Assembly (NCBI GenBank): GCA_041687695.1
Contig: JAWLBL010000007.1
Location: 96,001 to 160,000, forward strand
Length of the DNA stretch: 64,000 bases
Direction: 5' to 3'
From: Myxococcota bacterium
Lineage (GTDB): Bacteria > Myxococcota_A > UBA9042 > PHBI01 > JAWLBL01
The notes under the pieces are model-generated. The model had not been told where the DNA came from. It saw only the letters and a program-made list of their open reading frames with translations, and ran no database searches. A program made the translations under genes and the position numbers. This document shows positions 53,075 through 63,430 of this stretch, in pieces (the stretch's first letter is position 1; the number at the start of each line of letters is the position of its first letter).

Positions 53075-55132
53075 TCAGGGGGCGCCGCCGGCGAGGGCGG
53101 CGGCGCAGTCGCCCTGCACACCCGCGCGCGCGATGCGGCACAGCTGGTCGTCGACCGACGGGCCGTAGCAGGTCCGCGCGGCGAGGTCGTCGCAGGGGTC
53201 GTAGGCAGGCACCGCCTCGACCGCGCCCTGGTCCCAGTCGGCCCGGCCCAGCATCGTCCAGAAGCTGAGGCTGGGCAGGATGAACAGCAGGTTCGAGCCG
53301 CCGTCCCCCGCGAGGGCGTACGCGCGCGCCTTGCGCGCCCAGGGGGTGCCCGGGAAGCGCTCGGAGACGTCGAGCAGGCGCTCGTTCGAGGTCCGGACCA
53401 GGCCCTGGTAGCGGGCCCGCAGCCCCTCGGTGAAGGCCTGGTCGGCGGCGGCGTTCCAGCCCGGCGCGTCCGCGGTCGGCAGGGCCCGCACCTGGCTGCG
53501 CAGGCGGACGATCCGGCCCTCGATCTCGACGAGGGACTGGGCGTCGACCGAGCGGTCGTACAGGGCCTGGAAGGCCTCGATGGAGCGCACCACGCGCCCC
53601 GTCGGGTTCGCCTGCTCGGCGGGCATCAGGTAGCGGACGATGGGCAGGATCTGGCGCGCCAGGTTGAGCGGCTCGCGGTAGACCTGGTGCGTCGCCAGCG
53701 GGACCCCGTCGGCGAACGCCTTGTCCGCCAGGACCCCCTCGCCGGCCCAGGCGGCGCCGGGCCGCTTGGCGATGGTCGCCTCGATGGCCTGCGGCGTCAG
53801 CCCGAAGACGAGGCCCCCCTCGCGGGTGCCCCACCAGAAGACGAACTCGTCGCGGACGTTCTGGCGCTTGGGGTCTCCGTCCCAGACCCGCGTGCGGTAC
53901 AGCCGCTGGTCGCCGCTCTGGCTCCACTCGGTCTTCAGGTTGCCGCGGGATCCCAGGTTCTTGCCGGCCAGATCCAGCAGCTTGGTCACGGTCGTCGCCG
54001 CACGCGCCGAGTCGACGACGCCCAGCACCGCGACGAAGTCGGCCAGCCCCTCCTGCGCGGCGAAGAGCACGTCGCCCGTGAGCTGGTCCACCAGGTCGGC
54101 GCGCAGCGCGACGCCGGTCTCCTTCTTGAAGTTGGCCTCGATCTCGCCCAGCCCGCCGCCCAGGAAGCCCTCGGCCAGCGCCCAGATCGCCTGCACGTCC
54201 AGGCCGTAGCGCAGCCACCCGCTGGTCTGCGCGTCCACCAGGCCGGCCATGGCCGCCCGCGCCTTGGCGCCCGCCGGGCCCGGCCGCGCGACGCCCAGGA
54301 ACTCGGCCACGTCGGCCGCCACCTCGGCCTCGCCCCACACGTCCAGCCCCTCGGGGCCCCAGTGCCCGGTGAAGGCCAGCCGGTCGACCGACGCGAACCA
54401 CGGCTCCGGCCGCCGCACCATGCGCGCCGTCCGCGACGGCTCCATCGCGAAGAGGAAGCCGACCTGATTGGCCGTCGTGCGCAGCCGCTCGGTCACCTGG
54501 AACTCACGCCCGCCGTCGAGGCGCATCGCGGCGAGCGCCTCGGGCCGATCGGCCAGCACCGCGACGCCGCCCTTGTGGCGCAGCTCGATGCGGCTCCACT
54601 CGTCGAGCGCGATGGAGATCTGCTGGGCGCCGTCGGCCCCCTTCGACCGGTTGACCTTGGCCTTCTTCGGCTTTTCACCGGGTTCGACCCACTGGTCCTT
54701 CTCGAGCAGGTGCGTCAGGACCTTCACGAAGGTGTCGAGGTCGGCCACGTCGACGGCCATGACCTCGCGCTCTCGCTCGCCCGCCGGCACCACGTAGAAG
54801 GCGAAGGCGCCCTCGGGGTTGAGGCCCATCGCCCGGATGACGCTGGCGGGGGCGGGCCCGCGGCGCCGGCCCGGCGTGACCGCGTCCAGGACGAAGGCGC
54901 GCAGCTCGCCCAGGCCGGGGTCCTCGAGGCCCACCGACTTCAGGTAGGCCTGCAGCCGCGTCGCCTGCTGCTCGAGGCCTCCCAGCGGCCGCATGGCCAT
55001 CAGGAGGTGCGTCTCGTCGGGGCCGACGGTCAGGGCCGTCGGGGCGGCGGCCGCCGGGACGACGAGGGCCGCGCACAGGGCCAGCCCGGCCGCGGCGCGC
55101 AGGGTCGAGGTCATCAGGCGTGCGAGCGTCAT
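53075..55132 (-). CDS. Secreted hypothetical protein (possibly DUF3352-like)
   Basis: ATGA overlap with cupin gene; signal peptide; alternating alpha/beta pattern; small Cys-rich C-terminus. Confidence 0.7.
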   Translation of the reverse strand: MTLARLMTSTLRAAAGLALCAALVVPAAAAPTALTVGPDETHLLMAMRPLGGLEQQATRLQAYLKSVGLEDPGLGELRAFVLDAVTPGRRRGPAPASVIRAMGLNPEGAFAFYVVPAGEREREVMAVDVADLDTFVKVLTHLLEKDQWVEPGEKPKKAKVNRSKGADGAQQISIALDEWSRIELRHKGGVAVLADRPEALAAMRLDGGREFQVTERLRTTANQVGFLFAMEPSRTARMVRRPEPWFASVDRLAFTGHWGPEGLDVWGEAEVAADVAEFLGVARPGPAGAKARAAMAGLVDAQTSGWLRYGLDVQAIWALAEGFLGGGLGEIEANFKKETGVALRADLVDQLTGDVLFAAQEGLADFVAVLGVVDSARAATTVTKLLDLAGKNLGSRGNLKTEWSQSGDQRLYRTRVWDGDPKRQNVRDEFVFWWGTREGGLVFGLTPQAIEATIAKRPGAAWAGEGVLADKAFADGVPLATHQVYREPLNLARQILPIVRYLMPAEQANPTGRVVRSIEAFQALYDRSVDAQSLVEIEGRIVRLRSQVRALPTADAPGWNAAADQAFTEGLRARYQGLVRTSNERLLDVSERFPGTPWARKARAYALAGDGGSNLLFILPSLSFWTMLGRADWDQGAVEAVPAYDPCDDLAARTCYGPSVDDQLCRIARAGVQGDCAAALAGGAP

Positions 55133-55503
55133 GGGGTCTCCAGCTCGGTCGAGGGCCGCGCGCCCGACGGCGGCGGCGACCAGGTCAGCAGCGCCACGAG
55201 CGGCGCCGCCCCCTCGTTGTGGACCTCGAGGGCGGCGCCGGGCTCGACGACCAGCAGGTGGCCGGAGCCGAGGGACTGGCGCCAGCCGTCGACCAGGAAG
55301 GTCGCCATCCCGTCGAGCACGAGGACGCTGCGCTCCTCGCGGTCGGCTTCGGGCGCCGTCCAGCGCTGCAGCGGCGCGACGCGCAGGAGGGACCACGCCG
55401 AGTGGGCGGTCCGTTCGACGGGGGTGAGGCCCGTGGCGGGGGACTCGTCGCCGGGGTGGTCGGCGAGGTGACCCACGTCGACGACGGTCATCGGCTTGGG
55501 CAT
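55129..55503 (-). CDS. Cupin domain protein
   Basis: EERSVLVLDG.ATFLVDG...LGSGHLLVVEPG..LEVHNEG. Confidence 0.75.
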   Translation of the reverse strand: MPKPMTVVDVGHLADHPGDESPATGLTPVERTAHSAWSLLRVAPLQRWTAPEADREERSVLVLDGMATFLVDGWRQSLGSGHLLVVEPGAALEVHNEGAAPLVALLTWSPPPSGARPSTELETP

Positions 55504-55597
55504 GCGGGGCTCCGATGTCAGGGGCGCGGGCATGGTGTGTCGCCGGGGCCGGGGCGTCAAGCGCTTCGCCAGGCGCGCCGCGGCCTCCCGCGATCGG

Positions 55598-56671
55598 TCA
55601 CTCGGGCCCGGCGTCCAGCGGACCGCAGGCCAGGGCCAGCAGGACCGTCGCGTAGCTGCCGGGCGGCAGCGTGAACCGGACGACGACCCCCTCGTCGTCG
55701 CGCGCCCAGGTCAGCTCGCCGGGCCAGACCACCGCCGGGCGCCGCGTGCCCTCGGCCACCTTCTTGACCGGCTCGAAGCTGGCCGTCGTCAGGCCCGCCT
55801 CGTCCAGGACGGCCGCCTCGCGCGTGCCCGCCTCGTCCTCGGCTCGCCGCATCTTCGTCCCGAACACCGGGCCCGTGACGACCAGCTCGCCCTGGGCGAG
55901 GCGCTCGCCGTCCACCGCGGCCTCGCGGCTGACGAAGACGCCGCCCAGCCGCCCGTCGGGGCTGCGCTTTTGCAGGACGTCACCGGCCAGCACGCGGTCG
56001 AGCAGCCCGTCGGCGACGCGCCGCGACAGCCAGTGGTTGAAGAGCGCGGCCTGGACGGCCGAGACGCCCAGGCGCAGCAGGCGCCGATCGTGGATGCGGC
56101 GGCCGGCCATCGCGTCGAGGCCCGCGGCGACCGTCTGGCCATCCGAGAAGCGCTGGGGCCCGAAGGTGTTGGCGAAGCCGCGCGCCGCCAGATCCTCCAG
56201 CGCCAGGCCGAGGGCCGCGTCGTCCGCCGGGTCGCGGCCGCGCAGGCGCACGGCGAAGCGGTTGCCGGCGAGGTGGCCGGTCCGCAGCTTGTTGTTGTGG
56301 CGCTCGACCGCCAGCAGGCGGATGCGGCCGGTCGCGCCGACGGGGCCCTCGACGGCCTCGGGGGTGACGCCGCGGGCCGGCACGCTGAGGCGCTGGCGCG
56401 TGATGGCGCGGCGGTCCTTCATGCCGGCCATCCCGACGTCGCCCGGGCCGACGCGCAGGCGGCGGGCCACCTCGCGGGCCAGCATCGGGCCGGAGACGTC
56501 CTCGCACTCGACCGTCAGGTAGAAGAAGTCGCCCTCGCCGGACGCGGGGTAGGCGGGCAGCTCCTCGACGACGAAGTCGGCGGGGACGTGCTTGAGCCGG
56601 CCGCCGCCCAGGCCGGGCGGGGCGTCGGAGCGGGGGACGACGAGGGGCGGCAGGGCGGTGAGGTCGATCAT
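55598..56671 (-). CDS. truD: tRNA pseudouridine(13) synthase TruD
   Basis: DFVVEE, AGMKDRRAITRQ, GHLAGNRF, NTFGPQRF, FTLPPGSYAT. Confidence 0.95.
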   Translation of the reverse strand: MIDLTALPPLVVPRSDAPPGLGGGRLKHVPADFVVEELPAYPASGEGDFFYLTVECEDVSGPMLAREVARRLRVGPGDVGMAGMKDRRAITRQRLSVPARGVTPEAVEGPVGATGRIRLLAVERHNNKLRTGHLAGNRFAVRLRGRDPADDAALGLALEDLAARGFANTFGPQRFSDGQTVAAGLDAMAGRRIHDRRLLRLGVSAVQAALFNHWLSRRVADGLLDRVLAGDVLQKRSPDGRLGGVFVSREAAVDGERLAQGELVVTGPVFGTKMRRAEDEAGTREAAVLDEAGLTTASFEPVKKVAEGTRRPAVVWPGELTWARDDEGVVVRFTLPPGSYATVLLALACGPLDAGPE

Positions 56672-56720
56672 GGCGCGGGACCCTACGCCAGGCGGGGGGC
56701 TTGTGCTACGGTCCCGCGTC

Positions 56721-57101
56721 GTGAGCCGCCGAATCGTCACCCTGGCCCTGCTCCTGGTGGGGGTCGCCGCCTGCGCGGGCGTCCTGCGGACCGCCGCCGA
56801 CGAGCCCACGGGCGAGCCCCCGCCGCGCACGCCGCGCCGCAGCCCGCCGGCGGTCACGCCGCCGCCCGAGGCGCCCGAGCCCGGCCCGGCCGACGCGCTG
56901 GCCGAGCGCTGCGGCCAGACCTGCCGCCACATCCTGTCCGTCACGGCCGGCGAGGTGGGCACCGAGGCCGCGGCCTTGGGCGACGAGCCGTGGCTCGAGA
57001 CCTGCGTCGAGCAATGCGCGCGCCACGCCTCGCTCGGCCAGGTCGAGTGCTACGAGCGCGTCACCCGGCCCGAGGAGCTCGAGGCCTGCACGGTGCGCTG
57101 A
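56721..57101 (+). CDS. Small membrane-anchored or secreted Cys-rich protein
   Basis: N-terminal hydrophobic helix, Pro-rich linker, CGQTCRH...CVEQC...EC...EAC. Confidence 0.65.
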   Translation: MSRRIVTLALLLVGVAACAGVLRTAADEPTGEPPPRTPRRSPPAVTPPPEAPEPGPADALAERCGQTCRHILSVTAGEVGTEAAALGDEPWLETCVEQCARHASLGQVECYERVTRPEELEACTVR

Positions 57102-57108
57102 CGATCGG

Positions 57109-58011
57109 TCAGCCGCGCACGCGCAGCTCGTCCCACAGCGCCTGGCCGTCCCAGCTCGACAGCTGGCGGCGCGAGCGGACGCGGGGCGAGCCGTCCGCCT
57201 CGAAGTCGATGACCTCGAGCGTCCAGTCCGCGTCGGTGTCCGGGTCGTGGATGATGGCCAGCGCGTGGCGGTCCTCGGCGCTGGGGTTGCGCAGGACGCG
57301 GCCGGCGGCCTCGAAGTCGCCGCGCTCCATGGACTGCAGCGCGGCCAGCAGCGTGTCCGTGTCGGTGCGGGCGATGACCTCACGGACCTGGCGGCCGGGG
57401 CGGGCCGGCGGCGGCTCGGGCGGCAGATCCAGCGGCCGGCTGCGCAGCAGGGTGAAGAAGACGGTGGCCCCGGCGGCGGCCACGGCGTCGACGGCCAGCA
57501 GGGCAAGGGTGACGCCGAGGCCCGGCTCCTGCCGGCCGACGAAGCCCAGCGGCGACAGCTCAGCGCCCATCCCCTCGGAGACGAAGGCGAAGTAGGCGAG
57601 GAGCCCCTGGTGCCCGGTCTGGCCCTCGAGGAACGCCTGCAGCTCGCGATCGGGGCGGGCGACGGCGCGCTCGAGCAGGCCCGGCAGGTTGTCGGCCAAA
57701 AAGCCCGTGATCTGCACGTACACGAGCAGCTGGTACATCCCGAAGGCGAGCAGCCCGCCGAAGGCCGCCGCGCAGATGGCCGGCAGGCGCGGGCGCACGT
57801 CGAAGTGCATGCGGACGCCGGCGATGGGCAGGCCGACCGCGAAGCCGATGACGAAGGGGGTCACGAGCGGGACGTAGATCGCCTGCAGGCGGGTGAAGGC
57901 CAGGCCCATCAGGGCGCCGAGCAGCAGCGCCACCAGCAGCATGACCGCCGCGCCGCGCGCGAAGCGCACCAGCTCGGGCCCGTCCTCGTGGGCGGCTACC
58001 GGGGCGCCCAC
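57109..58011 (-). CDS. Hypothetical membrane protein
   Basis: About 4 TM segments then a soluble C-terminal domain; overlaps the end of the upstream gene. Confidence 0.7.
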   Translation of the reverse strand: MGAPVAAHEDGPELVRFARGAAVMLLVALLLGALMGLAFTRLQAIYVPLVTPFVIGFAVGLPIAGVRMHFDVRPRLPAICAAAFGGLLAFGMYQLLVYVQITGFLADNLPGLLERAVARPDRELQAFLEGQTGHQGLLAYFAFVSEGMGAELSPLGFVGRQEPGLGVTLALLAVDAVAAAGATVFFTLLRSRPLDLPPEPPPARPGRQVREVIARTDTDTLLAALQSMERGDFEAAGRVLRNPSAEDRHALAIIHDPDTDADWTLEVIDFEADGSPRVRSRRQLSSWDGQALWDELRVRG

Positions 58012-58577
58012 AGGATCTCCGACTCGCCGGCCTTGAGGCCGACCCAGCGCGACAGGACGAAGAAGGCGTCCGAGAGCCGGTTCAGGTAGGGGATGACCTG
58101 GTCGCCGATGGGCTCCTCGGCCGCGAGCGACAGGGTGCGGCGCTCGGCGCGGCGGCAGACGGTGCGCGCGTGGTGCAAGAGCGCGCTGACCGGGCCGCCG
58201 CCGGGAAGGACGAAGCTCTTGAGGGGCTCGAGCTCTTCGTTCATCTCGTCCATCAGCCGCTCGAGCGCGGTGACGTCCTCGGCCGACACGAGCGGCATGC
58301 CCTCCCAGCGGTCCTCGGCGCGGGTGGCGAGATCGCTGCCGAGGTCGAATAGGTTCTGCTGCGTGTCGTGGAGCCAGCGCTCGAGCCGCTCGCGTTCGCC
58401 CGTCAGGGAGGGGGCCTCGCGCACGGCCACCCGGACCAGGCCGACGATGGCGTTGAGCTCGTCGACGGTGCCGTAGGCCTCGATGCGGGCGCTGTCCTTG
58501 GCGACCTGCTGGCCGCCCACGAGGCGGGTCTGGCCGGCGTCGCCGGTGCGCGTGTAGATCTTGGTGAGTCGGACCAC
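57996..58577 (-). CDS. ATP:cob(I)alamin adenosyltransferase (PduO type)
   Basis: AGGAGG RBS; KIYTRTGD.G.T, RIEAYGTVDELN, FVLPGG, ARTVCRRAER, YLNRLSD. Confidence 0.93.
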   Translation of the reverse strand: MVRLTKIYTRTGDAGQTRLVGGQQVAKDSARIEAYGTVDELNAIVGLVRVAVREAPSLTGERERLERWLHDTQQNLFDLGSDLATRAEDRWEGMPLVSAEDVTALERLMDEMNEELEPLKSFVLPGGGPVSALLHHARTVCRRAERRTLSLAAEEPIGDQVIPYLNRLSDAFFVLSRWVGLKAGESEILWAPR

Positions 58578-58750
58578 GGAGCCTCCTGACCGGGCGGATC
58601 TAACCCAGGCGCCCGCGCCTGTCAGCCTCGGGCCATGCTTCGCGAGGCGGCCTGGGGTCGAAGTGAGCGCTCGAGATCGGTTCGGCTGGCGCGTCGCTTG
58701 TTGCGACCGGGCCCATCGATCAGAATGCGCGCCGGCCGAAGGAGGCAAAG

Positions 58751-60790
58751 GTGATGCGCGCTGGGTGGGTGCTTGCGTTCGGGACGATGCTGCTCGTGGG
58801 GTGCGACGACGCCGGAGGCGCCGATCCCGGCGCGGACGCCGACGCCAGCGGGCTGGAGCTGCCGCCCGGCCTCGACGCCGCCGACGAGACGGACGAAGGC
58901 GGCGGGCCCGGGGATCCTCCCGGCCTGGGCATCGACTATGCGGCGCTGCCGGCCGGTGACGCCCCGCGCTTCGAGCCCGGCGGCGAGGGCTGGACGGCGG
59001 TCCCCTGGCCCAACGACCGCCACCGAGGCGCCGACGGCTCGGTCGACCTGACCGTCTTCCCCAACCCCGAGGCGCTCGATCTGCTCGACCAGTACATCGC
59101 CTACGGCCTCGAGGTGATGCGCGGCTACGGGCTCAACGGCTCGGTGTACTTCGAGCTGGGCGGCCCCGTCGACCCCGAGACGCTGCCCGCGCCCCAGGTC
59201 ACCCTGCAGGATCCCAAGGCGCCCGTGCAGCTGGTCAACGTCACGCCGGGCCACCCGCGCCGCGGCGAGCGCATGCCCCTGCTGTTCCGCTTCCACGCGG
59301 GCGACGCGGACCCCTACTACCGCCCCAACACCCTGGCGATGCGCCCCGTCTTCGGCTTCCCGCTGGCCGAGGGCGCGACCTACTGCGCCATCGTCACCCG
59401 CGGCGTCAAGGACGCGCAGGGCCGCCACCTCTCGCCGGCCGCCGGCTTCCCCGCCGCCATCGACACCGAGGCCGCGCTGGCGCCCCTCGCCGACTGGCTG
59501 GCGGACGGCAGCCGGCTCACGGCCGAGGACGTCGCCGTCGCGACCTGCTTCACGACCGACCGGCCGACCGACGAGCTGCGCCGCGTCCGCGCCTTCCTCG
59601 ACACCCAGCCGCTGCCCCACGTCACCGACGTCGTCTACAAGGGCAAGGCCAACACCTTCCACGAGTTCCACGGCCACTACGTCGCGCCCAACTTCCAGTT
59701 CGGGGTCAAGCCCTACGCCGAGCAGGGCGGGGATCTGCGCTTCGACGCCGCGGGCGACCCCATCGTCGCCGAGCAGGAGCCCATCCGCTTCCTGCTGATG
59801 ATCCCCAGCGCCTACAAGATGCCCGAGACCGGCTGGCCGACCCTGCTGTACGCCCACGGCACCGGCGGGGACTTCGAGAGCTGCCGCGGCGACGTGGACT
59901 CGCTGACGGTCGAAGCCTTCGCGGTCATCTGCATCGACCAGCCGCTGCACGGCGAGCGCTTCTGGAAGGACGGCCTGCCCACGGCCGCCGACGAGAACGA
60001 GATCGTCCTTTACAGCTTCAACTTCCTCAACCCGCGCTCGGGCCGCACCGGGTTCCGCCAGGCCGCCATCGACACCATGAGCCTGTCGCGCATGATCGCC
60101 GGCGGCGCGCTCGATCTGGCGGCCGCCGAGACCGGCAAGTACGCCAAGGACGTCGTCTTCGATGCCGACAACGTCCACTTCTTCGGCCACTCGCACGGCG
60201 GCCTGAGCGGCGCCATCGCCCTCGGCGTCGAGCCGCGCCTGCGCTCCGCCGTGCTCTCGGGCGCCGCCGGCGTCCTCATCGAGACCATCCTGCGCCGCAA
60301 GGACCCGGTCGACATCGCCGTCCTCGCGCAAGCCCTGCTCGCGGTGCCCGAAGAGAGCTTCGACAGCTTCCACCCGGTCCTGACCCTCATCCAGACGCTG
60401 GTGGACGCCACCGATCCCATCAACTACGCGCCCTATTGGCTCGATCCGGCCACCGGCGGCACCCCCAAGCACGTCTTCGTCACCGAAGGCACCGAGGACC
60501 ACGCCAGCCCGGCCGTCGGCACCGAGGCCATGGCCGCCGCGGCCCGCATCCCGCTGGTCGAGCCCGTCGCGAGCCCGAGCATCGCCCACCTGTTGCGTGG
60601 CCTGGCCGAGTACGACCTCCCGGTCAGCCTGAACGCGACCAACGGGACCGGCGCCCGGCTCACGGCGGGCCTGAGGCAGTTCCCGGGCGGCGACCACTGG
60701 ATCGGTCTGACCGACCCCACGGCGCGCAAGCTGTGGACCAGCTTCTTCCGCGCCATCCGGATGGGGCAGGCGCCCGTCATCGGAGAGTAG
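58751..60790 (+). CDS. Lipoprotein alpha/beta hydrolase (lipase/esterase-like) with N-terminal Ig-like region
   Basis: Lipobox LLVG-C; YAHGTGG; nucleophile elbow GHSHGG; candidate Asp (GTED) and His (GGDH). Confidence 0.8.
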   Translation: MMRAGWVLAFGTMLLVGCDDAGGADPGADADASGLELPPGLDAADETDEGGGPGDPPGLGIDYAALPAGDAPRFEPGGEGWTAVPWPNDRHRGADGSVDLTVFPNPEALDLLDQYIAYGLEVMRGYGLNGSVYFELGGPVDPETLPAPQVTLQDPKAPVQLVNVTPGHPRRGERMPLLFRFHAGDADPYYRPNTLAMRPVFGFPLAEGATYCAIVTRGVKDAQGRHLSPAAGFPAAIDTEAALAPLADWLADGSRLTAEDVAVATCFTTDRPTDELRRVRAFLDTQPLPHVTDVVYKGKANTFHEFHGHYVAPNFQFGVKPYAEQGGDLRFDAAGDPIVAEQEPIRFLLMIPSAYKMPETGWPTLLYAHGTGGDFESCRGDVDSLTVEAFAVICIDQPLHGERFWKDGLPTAADENEIVLYSFNFLNPRSGRTGFRQAAIDTMSLSRMIAGGALDLAAAETGKYAKDVVFDADNVHFFGHSHGGLSGAIALGVEPRLRSAVLSGAAGVLIETILRRKDPVDIAVLAQALLAVPEESFDSFHPVLTLIQTLVDATDPINYAPYWLDPATGGTPKHVFVTEGTEDHASPAVGTEAMAAAARIPLVEPVASPSIAHLLRGLAEYDLPVSLNATNGTGARLTAGLRQFPGGDHWIGLTDPTARKLWTSFFRAIRMGQAPVIGE

Positions 60791-60833
60791 GCGCCGCCAC
60801 GGCGCGGGGGCGAGTCGCCGGCCGGAGCCGGCG

Positions 60834-63152
60834 TCAGGCGGCCGGCTCGGAGCCCAGTCGGACGGAGGCGCCGCGACCGACGCGCGGCAAGCGCACCGTG
60901 AAGGTCGCGCCCTGGCCCGGCTCGCTCTGCACCGAGATGTCGCCGCCCATGGCCTGGACGAGCCGGTGGGTGATCCACAGCCCGAGCCCGAGGCCGGCCG
61001 CGGTGTGCGAGGGGCCGACGCGCTCGAAGCGGCCGAAGATGCGCGCCTGGTCGTCGGGGGCGATGCCGACGCCGCGGTCCTGCACGCGGATGACGGCCAG
61101 CCCGGGCTCGGCCTCGCCGCCCACGGCGATGGTGATCGGCGTGCCGCCGCCGTACTTGAAGGCGTTCGAGACCAGGTTGGCCAGGACCTGCTCGAGCCGC
61201 GCCCGATCCCACACCCCCTCGACCGGCTCTGGCGCCTCGAGGGTCACGGTCGAGCCCGTGCGTTCGGCCTCGCCCTGGAAGTCGGCGACGATCTGCTGGA
61301 CGAACGCGACCAGCTCGACCGGCTCGGCCCGCAGCTCTAGCCGATCGGCGGCGATGCGCGAGGCGTCGAGCAGATCTTCGGTCAGGCGACCCAGGCGGTG
61401 GACCTGCCGCGCCATCCGGTCGAGGGCGGCCGCGAGCGCCTCGGGGCCCAGGGGCGGCGCGCCGCGGGCGATGTTGCGCTGCAGCGATTGGACCTGGAGC
61501 TGCAAGGGCACCAGCGGCGTTCTGAGCTCGTGCGACGCGACGGACACGAAGTTGTCGCGCAAGGCGATCGCCTGCTGGGCCTCCTCGTACAGGCGCGCGT
61601 TGTCCAGCGCGACCGCCGCGGTGGCGGCCACCGAGGCGACGAGGCGCTCGTGGCGGGACGTCAGGCCGTTCGGGTCCGGGTGCAGGAAGACCAGCGCGCC
61701 CAGCGGGGCGCCAGCGCGGCCGCGCACCGGGACGGCCAGGCCGCTGCCGGCGGGGACGGCGGCGGGCTCGTGGCGGCCGGGCTCGGCGACCTCCGGCGTC
61801 GCGGACGCGGCCAGGACGGGGCGCTCGCCGATGAGCGCGGGCGCGAGGACCCGCGCCCAGGCGGTCAGCGCGGCGGGGCCATCGGGGAGGTCGCCCGAGC
61901 CGACGCGGACCGCGAGGCCCTGCTCGCCCGAAAGCGGCGCCGGCTCGACGAAGGCGCCGTAGTGGGCGCCGGTCAGGTGGGTGGCCTCCTCGGTGAGGCG
62001 TTCGAGCAGGCGGGGCAGCTCGAGCTCGGCGGTGAGCGCCATCGCGATCTGGTGCAGGCGTGAGACGACCGCCCGCTCCTCCGCGAGGTGGCGGTTGACC
62101 TCGTTCAGGGCGCGCTCGCGGCGGTCGCGCTCGGCGGCCGCGCCCTCGAGGGCCTCGGCCACGCCGGCCACCTCGGCGACCGCGCGTGAGACCGGGGGGA
62201 TCGGCTGCCGGCGGCCGAGCGCGGTGGCCGCGCCCGAGAGCGCGCCGATGGGCCCCGCGATGCGTCGGGCCAGCACCAGCGCGAGGCCGAGCCCGAGCGC
62301 GAGCAGGCCCAGGCCGCCGAGCAGCGCGAGCCCGAGCGTGCCGCGGATCGGCTTGGCCAGCGCATCCATCGGCAGGCCGACGACCACCGTCCACGAGGCG
62401 TTACGCGTCCGCGCGAAGGCACCGAACGCGGGCTCGCCCTCCTGGGTGACGTCCTCGAACACGTCCTCCGTCGCGCGCTGCGTCCGCGCGAGCAGCCGTG
62501 GCGTTGCCTTGCGGCCGACGTACAGGTCGGGGCTGCGCGAGCGGGCGATGATGGTGCCGTCGGCGTCGAGGACGGCGGCGGTCCAGCGGGCGGGGAGCGC
62601 ATGGTCGTGCAGGACGCGGCTGAGCTCATCGAGATCGAGTGAGGCCGTGAGCACGAGCTGGACCGCGCCGCCGCGCACGACGGGCACCCCCACCGAGACC
62701 ACGTTCAGGCCCGAGCCGAGCGCTCGACGGTAGCTGGACAGGGCGGGGCGCTTGGTCTCGACGACCTGCCGGAAGTAGGGCTCGTCGGCGAGCGAGTAGG
62801 ACGGGCTCCCCGGCGGCGTCAGGGTGTTGACCATCACCTGGCCGTCGGCGCGGGCGACCGTGATGGCGGCCCAGGCGGGCTGCGACCGGATGATCCGTGT
62901 CGCGCGCTCGTGCAGCTCCTCGGGCGTGTAACTGGCGAAGTTGCCCGTGACGGCGATGACCTCGAGCCCGCTGACGACCGAGGCGACCTGGGTGCCCACG
63001 GCCGCGGCCAGGGCGCGCGAGGCCTCGCGGATGGCGGCGTCGATGTCCTGGCGCATCTCGAGGGACAGGAGCCGGACGACGACGCCCGAGTACACGATGA
63101 GCGGCACCATGGCGACGAGCACCAGCAGCGCGAGGTGCGTGCGGAGCCTCAT
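60834..63152 (-). CDS. Membrane sensor histidine kinase (dCache-HAMP-GAF-HisKA-HATPase)
   Basis: Two TM helices flanking a Cache-like region; ASHELRTPL; NLVSNAFKY; DRGVGI; GLGLGL. Confidence 0.92.
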   Translation of the reverse strand: MRLRTHLALLVLVAMVPLIVYSGVVVRLLSLEMRQDIDAAIREASRALAAAVGTQVASVVSGLEVIAVTGNFASYTPEELHERATRIIRSQPAWAAITVARADGQVMVNTLTPPGSPSYSLADEPYFRQVVETKRPALSSYRRALGSGLNVVSVGVPVVRGGAVQLVLTASLDLDELSRVLHDHALPARWTAAVLDADGTIIARSRSPDLYVGRKATPRLLARTQRATEDVFEDVTQEGEPAFGAFARTRNASWTVVVGLPMDALAKPIRGTLGLALLGGLGLLALGLGLALVLARRIAGPIGALSGAATALGRRQPIPPVSRAVAEVAGVAEALEGAAAERDRRERALNEVNRHLAEERAVVSRLHQIAMALTAELELPRLLERLTEEATHLTGAHYGAFVEPAPLSGEQGLAVRVGSGDLPDGPAALTAWARVLAPALIGERPVLAASATPEVAEPGRHEPAAVPAGSGLAVPVRGRAGAPLGALVFLHPDPNGLTSRHERLVASVAATAAVALDNARLYEEAQQAIALRDNFVSVASHELRTPLVPLQLQVQSLQRNIARGAPPLGPEALAAALDRMARQVHRLGRLTEDLLDASRIAADRLELRAEPVELVAFVQQIVADFQGEAERTGSTVTLEAPEPVEGVWDRARLEQVLANLVSNAFKYGGGTPITIAVGGEAEPGLAVIRVQDRGVGIAPDDQARIFGRFERVGPSHTAAGLGLGLWITHRLVQAMGGDISVQSEPGQGATFTVRLPRVGRGASVRLGSEPAA

Positions 63153-63430
63153 ACGCGGCGTCGTCGCCCGGTCGGGGCGCCGCGCGGGCCGCGGCCGAGG
63201 CGCACGTGGGCCTGGCCGGTCCCGGGGAGGGGCGAGTCTGCGCGGGGGCGCCCCCCACGACGCCGCGTTGGATGCATGGCGGGAGGATAGGGAAGCCGGA
63301 GGTCCTTGTCATCGGTTCGACCCTGGTGGCCATGACCCCCTCCGGAGACAGGCCTCGAGCAGGCCCTCGGCCCTGGCCGAAGCCCAGGCCACCGCCGTCG
63401 TCTCGGTTCCGGCCCTGGCCTCGGACGGGT

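Noticed and set aside
52860..53075. tRNA-Ala as a possible integration site
   Set aside because: No integrase, no duplicated tRNA 3' end seen, and no compositional shift in the flanks
49095..58577. queG, truD, tRNA and cobalamin adenosyltransferase as one functional cluster
   Set aside because: Different strands and operons with unrelated genes in between; QueG is not known to need adenosylated cobalamin; probably ordinary housekeeping proximity
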